Shown: one piece after another, positions 18,458-27,287 of the stretch
How positions within the stretch are numbered: the first letter of the stretch is position 1
Layout of the letters: every line of letters begins with the position of its first letter
Source of the DNA: Patescibacteria group bacterium
Lineage (GTDB): Bacteria; Patescibacteriota; Minisyncoccia; Phycocordibacterales; UBA9973
Direction of reading: 5' to 3'
Assembly: GCA_038063535.1 (NCBI GenBank)
Contig: JBBTUV010000003.1
Coordinates: 416-64,415 of the forward strand
DNA: 64,000 bases
Notes under the pieces: model-generated
The model's input: only the letters and a program-made list of their open reading frames with translations
Databases searched by the model: none
Told to the model about the DNA's origin: nothing
Program-made: the position numbers and the translations under genes

Positions 18458-20287
18458 ATGTCAATCTTAGATAAAATTTTAGGGAGAGGAAGAGTGGGGG
18501 AGGGCGGGAGCGCCCACGTGCTTGCTGTCTTGCCCGAGCAGATATATCAGGCGGCGAACCTCGAGCTTGCGGACGTGGTCGCGCCCTCGGCTCTCAAGAT
18601 CGAATCGAAATCCATCAATCTGGGCACCAAGATCGCCCGCACATTCTTCGTGATCTCATACCCGCGCTATCTTTCCGATTCCTGGTTCGCTCCGGTTATT
18701 AACCTCGATAAGATTTTCGATGTTTCCATCTTCGTACACCCGATTGACACCTCCTTGATCCTGCGGCAATTCCAGAAGAAAGTGGCCGAGGTGCAAAGCC
18801 AGATCTCGGTCCGCGAGACGCGCGGCATGGTCCGCGACCCGATGCTTGATACTGCCCACGAAGACCTTGAGTCCCTGCGCGACAACCTGATCCAGGCCCA
18901 GCAGAAGATGTTCGACGTCGGAGTTTACATCACCATCTATGCCGATAACGAAAATGAGCTCTTTAAAATTGAAAATGAAATAAAATCGCTGCTCGAGTCG
19001 AAGCTCATATATCTCAAGCCCGCGCTCTTTCAGCAAGAGGAAGGTTTCAAAAGCGTAATTCCCTTGGGCACAGATCTTCTTGAAATCCACCAGAAGCTTA
19101 ATTCCGAGCCCCTCTCCTCGATCTTCCCGTTCGTCTCTTTCGATCTCACTTCGGACCGGGGAATTCTCTACGGGGTAAACCGGCACAACTCGTCCCTTGT
19201 CATCTTCGATCGGTTTTCGCTCGAAAATTACAACTCGGTCACTTTCGCCAAGGCTGGTTCGGGGAAAAGTTATGCTACAAAACTCGAAATCCTGCGCTCG
19301 CTCATGTTCGATGTGGAAGTGATCGTGATCGACCCGGAGCGCGAATACGAGTATTTGGCCGAGGCGGTTGGCGGGAGGTATTTCAACATCTCTCTTTCGA
19401 GCGAGCACCACATCAACCCCTTCGACCTGCCCATCCCGCGCGAAGATGAAACTGCAGAGGACGTACTTCGCACCAATACCATCAACCTGGTCGGACTCTT
19501 TCGCCTGATGCTCGGGGGGCTTTCTCCCGAAGAAGACTCGATGGTAGACCGCGCCATCACCGAGACTTACGCGATCAAGGATATTACCGCGAATTCAGAT
19601 TTCTCGAACATCGAGCCGCCGCTTCTTTCCGATTTTGAGATGGTGCTTGCCGGCATGGAAGGCGGTGGGTCCTTGATACAACGCCTCTCAAAATATACTA
19701 AGGGCACCTGGGCGACATTTCTGAATCGCCCATCGAACGTGGACATCAACAAGCGCTTCGTCGTCTTTTCAGTACGGGATATGGAGGATGAGCTCAAACC
19801 GGTGGCGATGTATATCGTCATGCACTACATCTGGACCACCATCCGGAAGGCCCTTAAAAAAAGGCTTCTCGTCGTCGACGAAGCTTGGTGGATGATGAAA
19901 TCGGAAGATACTGCGTCATTCCTCTACTCGCTCGCCAAGCGCGGGCGCAAATATTATCTTGGCCTCTCTACCATCACCCAGGATGCAGCTGACTTTTTGA
20001 ACTCCCCGTACGGCCTGCCGATCGTCACGAACTCGTCGCTCCAGCTCTTGCTCAAACAATCAGCGGCGACGATTGATGTTCTTCAGAAAACTTTCAATCT
20101 TACAGACGAAGAGAAAAACCTCCTGCTTGAATCCGACGTGGGAGAAGGGATATTCTTCGCGGGCTTGAAGCATGTGGCAATAAAAGTAATCGCCTCTTAC
20201 ACCGAAGACCAAATCATCACCTCGGACCCCTCCCAGATACTCCAGATCCGCCAGGCGAAGCAGGAGCTCGAAGCCGCCGGCGGATGA
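18458..20287 (+). CDS. VirB4-family conjugal transfer ATPase (split VirB4, part 2)
   Basis: Walker A AKAGSGKSYATK, Walker B VVDEAWWMM, C-terminal LSTITQD motif region. Typical VirB4/CagE. Confidence 0.8.
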   Translation: MSILDKILGRGRVGEGGSAHVLAVLPEQIYQAANLELADVVAPSALKIESKSINLGTKIARTFFVISYPRYLSDSWFAPVINLDKIFDVSIFVHPIDTSLILRQFQKKVAEVQSQISVRETRGMVRDPMLDTAHEDLESLRDNLIQAQQKMFDVGVYITIYADNENELFKIENEIKSLLESKLIYLKPALFQQEEGFKSVIPLGTDLLEIHQKLNSEPLSSIFPFVSFDLTSDRGILYGVNRHNSSLVIFDRFSLENYNSVTFAKAGSGKSYATKLEILRSLMFDVEVIVIDPEREYEYLAEAVGGRYFNISLSSEHHINPFDLPIPREDETAEDVLRTNTINLVGLFRLMLGGLSPEEDSMVDRAITETYAIKDITANSDFSNIEPPLLSDFEMVLAGMEGGGSLIQRLSKYTKGTWATFLNRPSNVDINKRFVVFSVRDMEDELKPVAMYIVMHYIWTTIRKALKKRLLVVDEAWWMMKSEDTASFLYSLAKRGRKYYLGLSTITQDAADFLNSPYGLPIVTNSSLQLLLKQSAATIDVLQKTFNLTDEEKNLLLESDVGEGIFFAGLKHVAIKVIASYTEDQIITSDPSQILQIRQAKQELEAAGG

Positions 20288-20305
20288 AATTGATATAATT
20301 ATTTT

Positions 20306-21268
20306 ATGAAACTGAAATTTACAATCTTCTCCCTCCTTCTTCTACCCCTGGCCGGCTTCGCTCTTTCTCCTTCGGCGATCAACGTAAGCGTCTTTCCGCA
20401 AAGCCCTGCCCCGGGAGAAAATGTGACCATAACTCTCTCTAGCTACGGAGCGAATCTAGATATCGTGAACATAATCTGGCAAGTAAACGGCAAAACCGTC
20501 CTCTCCGGCATTGGTATGAAATCTTACTTGCTCACCGCCGGGGCTGCCGGGGTGGAAGCAAAAGTGGTGGCGCGAGTGATGCTTCCGGAAGGGGAAATAG
20601 ATAAACTTATCTCGATCCGGCCGGGGGCGGTAGTGCTCCTTTGGCAGGCGAACGACTCATATGTGCCACCCTTTTACAAGGGTAAGGCTCTCCCGACCGA
20701 AGGAAGCGAGATAAAAATTGTGGCGGTACCGGAAATCAGGGCGGGCGGTGCAACCCTTGATCCGAAAACTTTAAATTATGTTTGGAAAAAAAATTACGAG
20801 AACTCCTCCGGCGATTCTGGTTATGGAAAAAACTATCTCCTTCATACTAGCGATTACCTGGACCCGGGTGTGAACGTGAGCGTTGTGGCCGGAACGGTAG
20901 ATGGAAAGTATGCTTCAGGGGGAAGTATAAGTGTCGGCGCTTATGAACCGGAGATCGCTTTCTATAAGGTTGACCCCGTGCTCGGCACTCTCTGGGAGCA
21001 TGCACTCCCCGATCCGTACAGACTCGCAAGCGGAGAGACTCTGCTGGCGGCACCTTACTTTATCGCGCCTGCCGATATCCGCCGGCCGGAGCTGGTCTTC
21101 AAGTGGTTCATAAACAACTCAATGTTGCCGGTGCAGATCGTTAGGAAAAACCTGATACCGCTCGCGCCGGCGGCCGGAGCATCGGGCACATCCCGGGTGC
21201 GCCTTGAGATCGAAAACACCGACCAGATCTTTTCCAGCGCCAGTGGTGAGATAAATATAGAATTTTGA
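20306..21268 (+). CDS. secreted hypothetical protein (T4SS-like cluster)
   Basis: Cleavable-looking signal peptide (MKLKFTIFSLLLLPLAGFA), beta-rich composition, no known motif. Confidence 0.5.
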   Translation: MKLKFTIFSLLLLPLAGFALSPSAINVSVFPQSPAPGENVTITLSSYGANLDIVNIIWQVNGKTVLSGIGMKSYLLTAGAAGVEAKVVARVMLPEGEIDKLISIRPGAVVLLWQANDSYVPPFYKGKALPTEGSEIKIVAVPEIRAGGATLDPKTLNYVWKKNYENSSGDSGYGKNYLLHTSDYLDPGVNVSVVAGTVDGKYASGGSISVGAYEPEIAFYKVDPVLGTLWEHALPDPYRLASGETLLAAPYFIAPADIRRPELVFKWFINNSMLPVQIVRKNLIPLAPAAGASGTSRVRLEIENTDQIFSSASGEINIEF

Positions 21269-22611
21269 TGAAGAAACTTTTCGTAACTTTAATACTGGTA
21301 ACATTTCTGAGTCCAATTTTTGTGCAAGCAGAGATCCCAGCGGGTGCGAAGGGAAAACAATGCTCAAGTAGCAACCCAGCAGTTGTTGATAGTTTAGGTC
21401 GCCCATTATCAGGTACATTCGACTGCTCTTCCCCTTATAACTGGGCGGTTGGTCAGAATTGCGACTACACAACTAATGGGGGACGCATTGATAGATTTAT
21501 TTGCGAACTTCCGCCTCCTTCAAGTCCGCAGGCTATTGTCGGAAAAACGTGTTTTGCCGCTCCCTTAACCAAACCAAATCCAGACACCTTCCCCTGCGAC
21601 AACCCGCCGGCGGCCTGGATAGGCAAAACTTGTGTTGTCACAAACGGCGAGCGAGTGCAATTTGCATGTCGTCTCAAAAATCCTCCGGCGCCGCCTCCTG
21701 CCGCTCCGTCGCCTACACCGCCGGCTTCTTACAACCTGCTCGAGGAGCTGCCTTGCGATAGCGCTAACACTCCCGGGTGCGTGGGCGGCAAGCTCACGGA
21801 TATCCAGCTAAGCGGAAACGACGCTCTCGGAAAATATTTGAATACCATAATCCGCTTGGCGATAGGGATTGCGGCGGTGCTTGCGGTGGTGATGATAGTA
21901 ATGGGCGGCATCCAGTACATGACCACCGAGCTTACACACAGCAAAGAAGCCGGCAAGGAGCGCATCCGAAACGCAATCCTGGGTCTCTTGGTTGCTCTTG
22001 GTGCATATTTAATCCTGAATACAATAAATCCAAAACTATTAAGCACAGAACTTGTTATAGATCCAGTATCTATTGATTATGTATATGGTAACAGCGCAGT
22101 GGTTAAATCATCTGGGGTAGCAAGTTGTTCAGTGGCAACGAGCGGGGCATGTGCCCCTTCTAACATGGCTATCTTCGGCGACCAGGCAGACGATGCCTCC
22201 AGAATATGCATGGTAGAAAGTGGGGGAATTGCTAATGCACCAAGTAGAACAGATAGGTGCGGCGATGATAAGGCCTTCTCTTATGGATTATTCCAAATAA
22301 ATCTTATTGCAAATGGTAACTTGGTGCGTGACCAGAGTGGGCGAACTTGCACAGGACTTTTCGAAATGGCTGATGGGAGCCCAATAGTGGGAAGCAAATA
22401 CATAGCAAAAAAATCAGACGGCAGTTTTGATTACTACGACTGCAGAGCAAAGACAAGTGAGATACCAAGGTTGAGCCAATGCGCAGTATCTCTGATGAAC
22501 GCCCAGACAAATATTTCAGTAGCGAAAGCATTATATAATAGAAGCTCGAGACCCTTCGGTGCTTGGTATTACAGCGATCGCAGAGCTTGTGGAGAAGCTC
22601 CATTTCAATAA
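21265..22611 (+). CDS. fusion protein: signal peptide + Cys-rich domain + pilin-like TM hairpin (VirB2/TrbC-like) + C-terminal lytic transglycosylase (SLT/VirB1-like) domain
   Basis: Hydrophobic hairpin LNTIIRLAIGIAAVLAVVMIVMGGIQYM...ILGLLVALGAYLILNTI. SLT catalytic motifs ES (MVESGG) and YGLFQIN. Confidence 0.6.
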   Translation: MMKKLFVTLILVTFLSPIFVQAEIPAGAKGKQCSSSNPAVVDSLGRPLSGTFDCSSPYNWAVGQNCDYTTNGGRIDRFICELPPPSSPQAIVGKTCFAAPLTKPNPDTFPCDNPPAAWIGKTCVVTNGERVQFACRLKNPPAPPPAAPSPTPPASYNLLEELPCDSANTPGCVGGKLTDIQLSGNDALGKYLNTIIRLAIGIAAVLAVVMIVMGGIQYMTTELTHSKEAGKERIRNAILGLLVALGAYLILNTINPKLLSTELVIDPVSIDYVYGNSAVVKSSGVASCSVATSGACAPSNMAIFGDQADDASRICMVESGGIANAPSRTDRCGDDKAFSYGLFQINLIANGNLVRDQSGRTCTGLFEMADGSPIVGSKYIAKKSDGSFDYYDCRAKTSEIPRLSQCAVSLMNAQTNISVAKALYNRSSRPFGAWYYSDRRACGEAPFQ

Positions 22612-22613
22612 TT

Positions 22614-23906
22614 ATGTCTAAAACAAACAAAACATTACTTATCATTCTCATCATCCTCATCGGGTTCGCTGTTTTCTTCTGGTTCACCCGCGAGAAGACG
22701 GAGCCGGGGGGTACACAGCCCACAGAGAGCAATTTCTGGTCACGATTCAACCCCTTTAACGAAAGTGTCGCTCCTTCTACGCCTCCGCCGAGCGAAACTC
22801 CGGGAGAAGTTATTCCCACTCCGCCGGGCGGAAGCCAAGAACTGATCCTGCGAAAAGTCTCGAACATTCCGATCGCGGGCTATGGGGTGTTTCAAAAAGA
22901 AAGATATAAAGAGGAAGTAGTTTTGGATACTTCCACCGAGGCCCCGACTGCGCCTCAAACGGAATTCGTCCCGGCGGTCCGCTATGTCGCACGCGCGGAT
23001 GGCAACATCTGGCAGACTTTCGCCGACAAAATCGAGGAACGGAGATTCACTTCGACCATAATTCCGAAAGTCTATGAAGCGTATTTCGGCGGAGGCGCGG
23101 AAGCGGTGATCATGCGGCATCTCAAAGCTGATGAGAGGACTATCGAAACTTTTACCGCAACTCTTCCGAAAGAAATCCTGGGTGGTGATTCCTCGGAAAG
23201 CGCAATCTCCGGCTCATTTCTGCCGGATAACATCACCGAACTTGCGGTATCCCCCGACGGCACGAAGATTTTCTACCTTTATAATCAAGGAGAGAACGCA
23301 ATTGGCATAATCTCTGGTATTTTAGGAGACAAAAAGACGCAGATTGTCGACTCTCCAGCCACCGAGTGGCTGGCTTCCTGGAAAAACGCAAAAGTGATAG
23401 CGCTCGCCACCAAGCCTTCCGGGCTCGTGTCCGGTTATTTGTACAATTTAAATCCCGATACGAAATCTTTCACCAATGTTCTCTCTGGAATCGCCGGTCT
23501 TACCGCTTTGGGAGATCCGGCTGGAAAAAAATTCCTCTTTGCTGACGGAAATCTTTCGCTCTTCCTCCTCGATGGTACCACTCGTTCCTCGATTGCGCTT
23601 GGAGCAAGAACGCTTCCGGAGAAGTGCACCTGGGACGGAACTGGGGCGTTCCTTTACTGCGCAGTGCCCTCCTTCGTCCCACCGGCCGTTTACCCTGACG
23701 CTTGGTATCGAGGTGAAGTCTCTTTTAACGATAGTATTTGGAAGATAGACGCGGAGACCGGAGTGGGCTCGATAGTACTAGAGCCTGAAAAAGAACCGGG
23801 AGGGGAGAGCGTGGACGCGATAAAGCCCTCGATTGATCAAGGTGAAAACTATCTTTTCTTTGTGAATAAAAAAGATTCTCGTCTCTGGGAAATGAAGCTT
23901 AGATAG
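22614..23906 (+). CDS. membrane-anchored secreted protein with TolB/PD40-like beta-propeller repeats (T4SS-like cluster)
   Basis: ATG at 22614 (MSKTNK) just after the previous stop. N-terminal TM anchor. SPDGTKIFYLYN-type PD40-like repeat. Confidence 0.5.
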   Translation: MSKTNKTLLIILIILIGFAVFFWFTREKTEPGGTQPTESNFWSRFNPFNESVAPSTPPPSETPGEVIPTPPGGSQELILRKVSNIPIAGYGVFQKERYKEEVVLDTSTEAPTAPQTEFVPAVRYVARADGNIWQTFADKIEERRFTSTIIPKVYEAYFGGGAEAVIMRHLKADERTIETFTATLPKEILGGDSSESAISGSFLPDNITELAVSPDGTKIFYLYNQGENAIGIISGILGDKKTQIVDSPATEWLASWKNAKVIALATKPSGLVSGYLYNLNPDTKSFTNVLSGIAGLTALGDPAGKKFLFADGNLSLFLLDGTTRSSIALGARTLPEKCTWDGTGAFLYCAVPSFVPPAVYPDAWYRGEVSFNDSIWKIDAETGVGSIVLEPEKEPGGESVDAIKPSIDQGENYLFFVNKKDSRLWEMKLR

Positions 23907-24378
23907 TCATTCCCGGGTCACCCAAATATTTGATGATCACGCGGCGAGTCGCTCCGGTGCCCTCTGATTCAGTTTTTAGGTCCTTCTCACCGGAGAGAAA
24001 TTCGTGCACGATGCGCCTCTCGAATGCCGGCATGGGGTCGATCTCGATGTTTGATTTGAAATATCTAGCACGCTCCGCCATCATGTGTGCAATAGCGCGC
24101 ACGCTCTCTATCCTTTTCTTCTGGAATCCGCCGATATCCACCAATATCTCTCCGACTTCCGTATCTCCTGATCTTGATTCGGTTATTTTTCTAATTAAGT
24201 GGTTGAGGGCCGAAAGCCCTTCGCCCCCGCGGGCGAGGAAATAGTGTGGCTCGGAAACTTCCACAGAAAACCAGGCACTTTCCCCGGGCTTACCTTCCTC
24301 AATCGAAATATTTTGCGCCGGAAGCGTCACTTTTTCCAGAACCTCGCGTATCAAATTTTGGATTTCCGCTTGTATCAT
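23899..24378 (-). CDS. jag: Jag/KhpB-like R3H domain RNA-binding protein
   Basis: C-terminal R3H motif (RRIVHEFL). Lies downstream of yidC in the conserved origin cluster. Confidence 0.7.
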   Translation of the reverse strand: MIQAEIQNLIREVLEKVTLPAQNISIEEGKPGESAWFSVEVSEPHYFLARGGEGLSALNHLIRKITESRSGDTEVGEILVDIGGFQKKRIESVRAIAHMMAERARYFKSNIEIDPMPAFERRIVHEFLSGEKDLKTESEGTGATRRVIIKYLGDPGMTI

Positions 24379-25097
24379 GTAATAAGTGTATCTTTTTCGG
24401 CTTTTTTATTGAGATATATCTGCTGAAGGGTCGATATGATATTACTCGTTATCCAGTACAATGCAACCGCCCCGGAAATGCTGTAAGCGATAAAGGCAAC
24501 CATGACGGGGAAGAAATATTTCATCTGGAAACGCATGCTTTTTGCGAAGGAGTCGGAGAGCGATCCCGTTTCCTCAAGCGTAGCGGCTGGGCGGGGCATA
24601 AAGTGGGCCTGGAGATACTGCGAAGCCCCCGCGAGAACAGCTAGTGCCAAACTCCGAGCCGCGAGGTTGATCCCCAGAAAGAGCATGTGCGGTACCCCGG
24701 GGCTGGGAACGAAGGAGTAAAGAAGTGCGGGATCGAAGTTTATTCCCTTATAGAAAACCCAGTAAAGCGCGAAGATGATCGGTATCTGGATGATGAGGAG
24801 GAGACACCCTGAAAAGGGGTTGGCTTTATTTTTCTTGTAAAGCTCGAGGGTAAGCCTGGCCTGTTCATCTTTCCCTTTTCCACTTTCCTTTATTTTTCGG
24901 AGTTCCGGCGCAAGTTTGTTCATCTTCGCTTGCCCTTCTATCGAGCGTCGCGAAAGAGGGAAAAGGATGATCTTAACAAGTATGGTGAGGAGAACGATGG
25001 CAGCTCCTACATTATTGCCGGGAATTATGAAAACAAGGAGAGCTAGAATGTTGAGAAGGGGGTGATAGAGCAAAAAATTCCAGACGGAAGAAATCAT
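24375..25097 (-). CDS. yidC: membrane protein insertase YidC (short Gram-positive/CPR type)
   Basis: YidC/Oxa1 core helices (LTILVKIILFPL, PELRKIKE..., GCLLLIIQIPIIFALYW). Confidence 0.85.
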   Translation of the reverse strand: MISSVWNFLLYHPLLNILALLVFIIPGNNVGAAIVLLTILVKIILFPLSRRSIEGQAKMNKLAPELRKIKESGKGKDEQARLTLELYKKNKANPFSGCLLLIIQIPIIFALYWVFYKGINFDPALLYSFVPSPGVPHMLFLGINLAARSLALAVLAGASQYLQAHFMPRPAATLEETGSLSDSFAKSMRFQMKYFFPVMVAFIAYSISGAVALYWITSNIISTLQQIYLNKKAEKDTLIT

Positions 25098-25115
25098 TTC
25101 CCCATTCTAGCAGGA

Positions 25116-25331
25116 CTACTCGAGCGGGTCAAAGCGGTTTTTCTGCCACGGGTGACAGCGTAAAATTCTTCGAAGGGAAAGCCAAGCCCCTTTCCCCGCG
25201 CCGTATTTTTCGATCGCTTGTTTGGAGTATTCCGAACAGCTGGGGTAAAACACGCAGCTCGGGGGAAGAAAGGGAGAGATGCGCCTTTGGTAAAAACTAA
25301 TTGATTTTATGAAGAATGTCTTCAATATCAT
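25116..25331 (-). CDS. yidD: membrane protein insertion efficiency factor YidD
   Basis: YidD signature ([27 protein letters not shown]). 71 aa. Confidence 0.8.
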   Translation of the reverse strand: MILKTFFIKSISFYQRRISPFLPPSCVFYPSCSEYSKQAIEKYGAGKGAWLSLRRILRCHPWQKNRFDPLE

Positions 25332-25623
25332 CTAAGAGAGCAGCCTCGCTGCCGGGTCTTTTTTTAAGTACCAGAACACCACGAAGTCCTTGGGGTAGCT
25401 TGTGAAAATGCGGGCCTATTGCCTGGTAACCCAAGCGGCGCAGAGAGTTGCGTTCGGTTGATTTCTTTGCGGTCTCCTTTGGGATAATAAAAGAAAATCT
25501 CGGGGGGTTATTATTGTCTTCAAAGATATACCGGAGGTAAATATCCCGGCCCTGGACTACGCGCCCGAACTTGAACGCTCGAGCTACATCCTTTTTTGAG
25601 TTTCTGTTTCTTTTCGGGAGCAT
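25297..25623 (-). CDS. rnpA: ribonuclease P protein component
   Basis: RnpA-like basic protein ([15 protein letters not shown]). ATG at 25623-25621 overlaps the rpmH stop (TGATG). Confidence 0.75.
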   Translation of the reverse strand: MLPKRNRNSKKDVARAFKFGRVVQGRDIYLRYIFEDNNNPPRFSFIIPKETAKKSTERNSLRRLGYQAIGPHFHKLPQGLRGVLVLKKRPGSEAALLDDIEDILHKIN

Positions 25624-25757
25624 CAAACGGAAACCCGGGTTCTCCCCTTTTTTCTTCTCCGAGAGAGTACGCGACGTCCGGTTTTGCTCCGTGACCGAAC
25701 GAGGTAGCCGTGCGCCCTTTTTCGTTTCCTTTTCCTGGGCTGGTAAGTTTGGGACAT
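25623..25757 (-). CDS. rpmH: 50S ribosomal protein L34 (44 aa, absent from ORF track)
   Basis: Hand-translated minus-strand ORF: [44 protein letters not shown]. Canonical L34 sequence and canonical position upstream of rnpA. Confidence 0.85.
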   Translation of the reverse strand: MSQTYQPRKRKRKRAHGYLVRSRSKTGRRVLSRRRKKGRTRVSV

Positions 25758-25855
25758 AATGCTATAGTATTACATTATTCACAGATTATCAACATAGTTA
25801 ATAAGTTGCGGGGAGCTTGCTAATTTCTTACTCGTAGTATAATGCGACGACTGAT
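25758..25855. promoter_or_regulatory. rpmH-dnaA divergent intergenic region with DnaA-box-like 9-mers (oriC part / dnaA promoter)
   Basis: TTATTCACA (25775-25783) and TTATCAACA (25786-25794), each 1 mismatch from TTATCCACA. TATAAT-like element (TAGTATAAT) about 12 nt before the dnaA ATG. Confidence 0.5.
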
Positions 25856-27202
25856 ATGGACACGAAAGAACTTTGGAAAAATTGCTTAAGCGAGATCGAG
25901 GCGGACGTTTCAAAAGCCAATTTCAGCACCTGGTTTAAAAATACCTCTATTTTGAAAGAAGAAATGGGGGTTATCTACGTCGGGGTGCCAAATGAGTTTG
26001 TCCGCGACTGGCTAAAAAACAAATATCACAAGCTGATCACCAAGAAAATAGCCGGGGCCTACGAGAACATGCGGGCGGTGGAGTACACCATCGCCAGGTT
26101 CGAGCCAGAGAGAGAGGAAACCCCCAAGACCCCGCCAGGAAACTTCATAAACAAAGAGCTCCCGCTTAAGGATCTTTATGTGAACCCTGAGGATAACCTT
26201 AACTCCCGTTATCGTTTCGATTCTTTCATTGTCGGCGCCTTCAATGAGCTTGCCTACGCCGCCGCCCAGGCGATAATCGATAGCCCTGGGACCAAATACA
26301 ATCCATTCTTCGTCTATGGAGCGACCGGTCTCGGAAAAACCCACCTCCTCCAGGCGGTTGGAAATACGATCAAAGAAAAATACCCGGACAAAAAGGTGCA
26401 CTATCTCACGCTTGAGAAATTTGCCACCGATTTCATCAACTCGCTCCAGTCTCAAAAGGCAAATTCTTTCAAGGAGAAATATAGAAAATACGATCTCCTC
26501 ATCATCGATGACATCCAATTCATCGGGAAGATGGAAAAAATACAGGAAGAGCTCTTCCACACCTTCAATACTTTTTATGAAAGTAATAAGCAGATAATTT
26601 TTTCTTCCGACAAGCACCCGAACCACATCCCAGAGCTTGCAGATAGGCTGAAGTCCCGTTTTGCTGCCGGGATGATCGTGGATGTGACCGAGCCAGAATA
26701 CGAGTCGCGCCTCGCGATACTCAAAATGAAGCTCGGGGAGCTTGACATCGAGCTCGCCCCGGAGGTTATGGAGTATATCGCAAGCGCCATCCAGGGCAAC
26801 ATCCGAGAGCTCGAAGGGAGCCTGAATATTGTCATCTGCCAATATCGTTTGAAAAATAAGCCCATCTCACTTTCTGAAGCGAAATCTCTCCTTAAAAACA
26901 GTATCCGGCCCAAGAGGAATGTGGCGATTAAAGAGGTGGTCAAAATTATCAGCGATTATTACAACCTCGAAGAGTCAGCGGTTTATGAAAAAACAAGACG
27001 GAAAGAAATAGTGCGGGCTCGTCAAGTGGTAATGTACATACTCCGAGAGGATTTTAGTGTTTCTTACCCGTTGATAGGTCAGAAACTGGGGGGGAAAGAC
27101 CACACCACAGTGATTCACTCATACCTAAAAGTGAAGGGTGACCTAAAAAACGATCCACAACTTCTCCAGGAGATAGAACAAATAAGATCGATGTTTAAAT
27201 GA
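25856..27202 (+). CDS. dnaA: chromosomal replication initiator protein DnaA
   Basis: AAA+ Walker A GATGLGKTHLL, Walker B LLIIDDIQF, C-terminal DNA-binding helix-turn-helix (RQVVMYILRE). Confidence 0.95.
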   Translation: MDTKELWKNCLSEIEADVSKANFSTWFKNTSILKEEMGVIYVGVPNEFVRDWLKNKYHKLITKKIAGAYENMRAVEYTIARFEPEREETPKTPPGNFINKELPLKDLYVNPEDNLNSRYRFDSFIVGAFNELAYAAAQAIIDSPGTKYNPFFVYGATGLGKTHLLQAVGNTIKEKYPDKKVHYLTLEKFATDFINSLQSQKANSFKEKYRKYDLLIIDDIQFIGKMEKIQEELFHTFNTFYESNKQIIFSSDKHPNHIPELADRLKSRFAAGMIVDVTEPEYESRLAILKMKLGELDIELAPEVMEYIASAIQGNIRELEGSLNIVICQYRLKNKPISLSEAKSLLKNSIRPKRNVAIKEVVKIISDYYNLEESAVYEKTRRKEIVRARQVVMYILREDFSVSYPLIGQKLGGKDHTTVIHSYLKVKGDLKNDPQLLQEIEQIRSMFK

Positions 27203-27287
27203 GAAAAATATACACAAAAAGGAATTATCCACTTACTAACACCACTAATAATACTAATAATTTAAATATATAAACTATTAACAATTC
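27203..27287. promoter_or_regulatory. dnaA-dnaN intergenic spacer: DnaA box TTATCCACT plus AT-rich candidate DNA-unwinding element
   Basis: TTATCCACT at 27225-27233. Roughly 40-nt AT-rich run at 27247-27287 (AATACTAATAATTTAAATATATAAACTATTAACAATTC). Confidence 0.5.
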
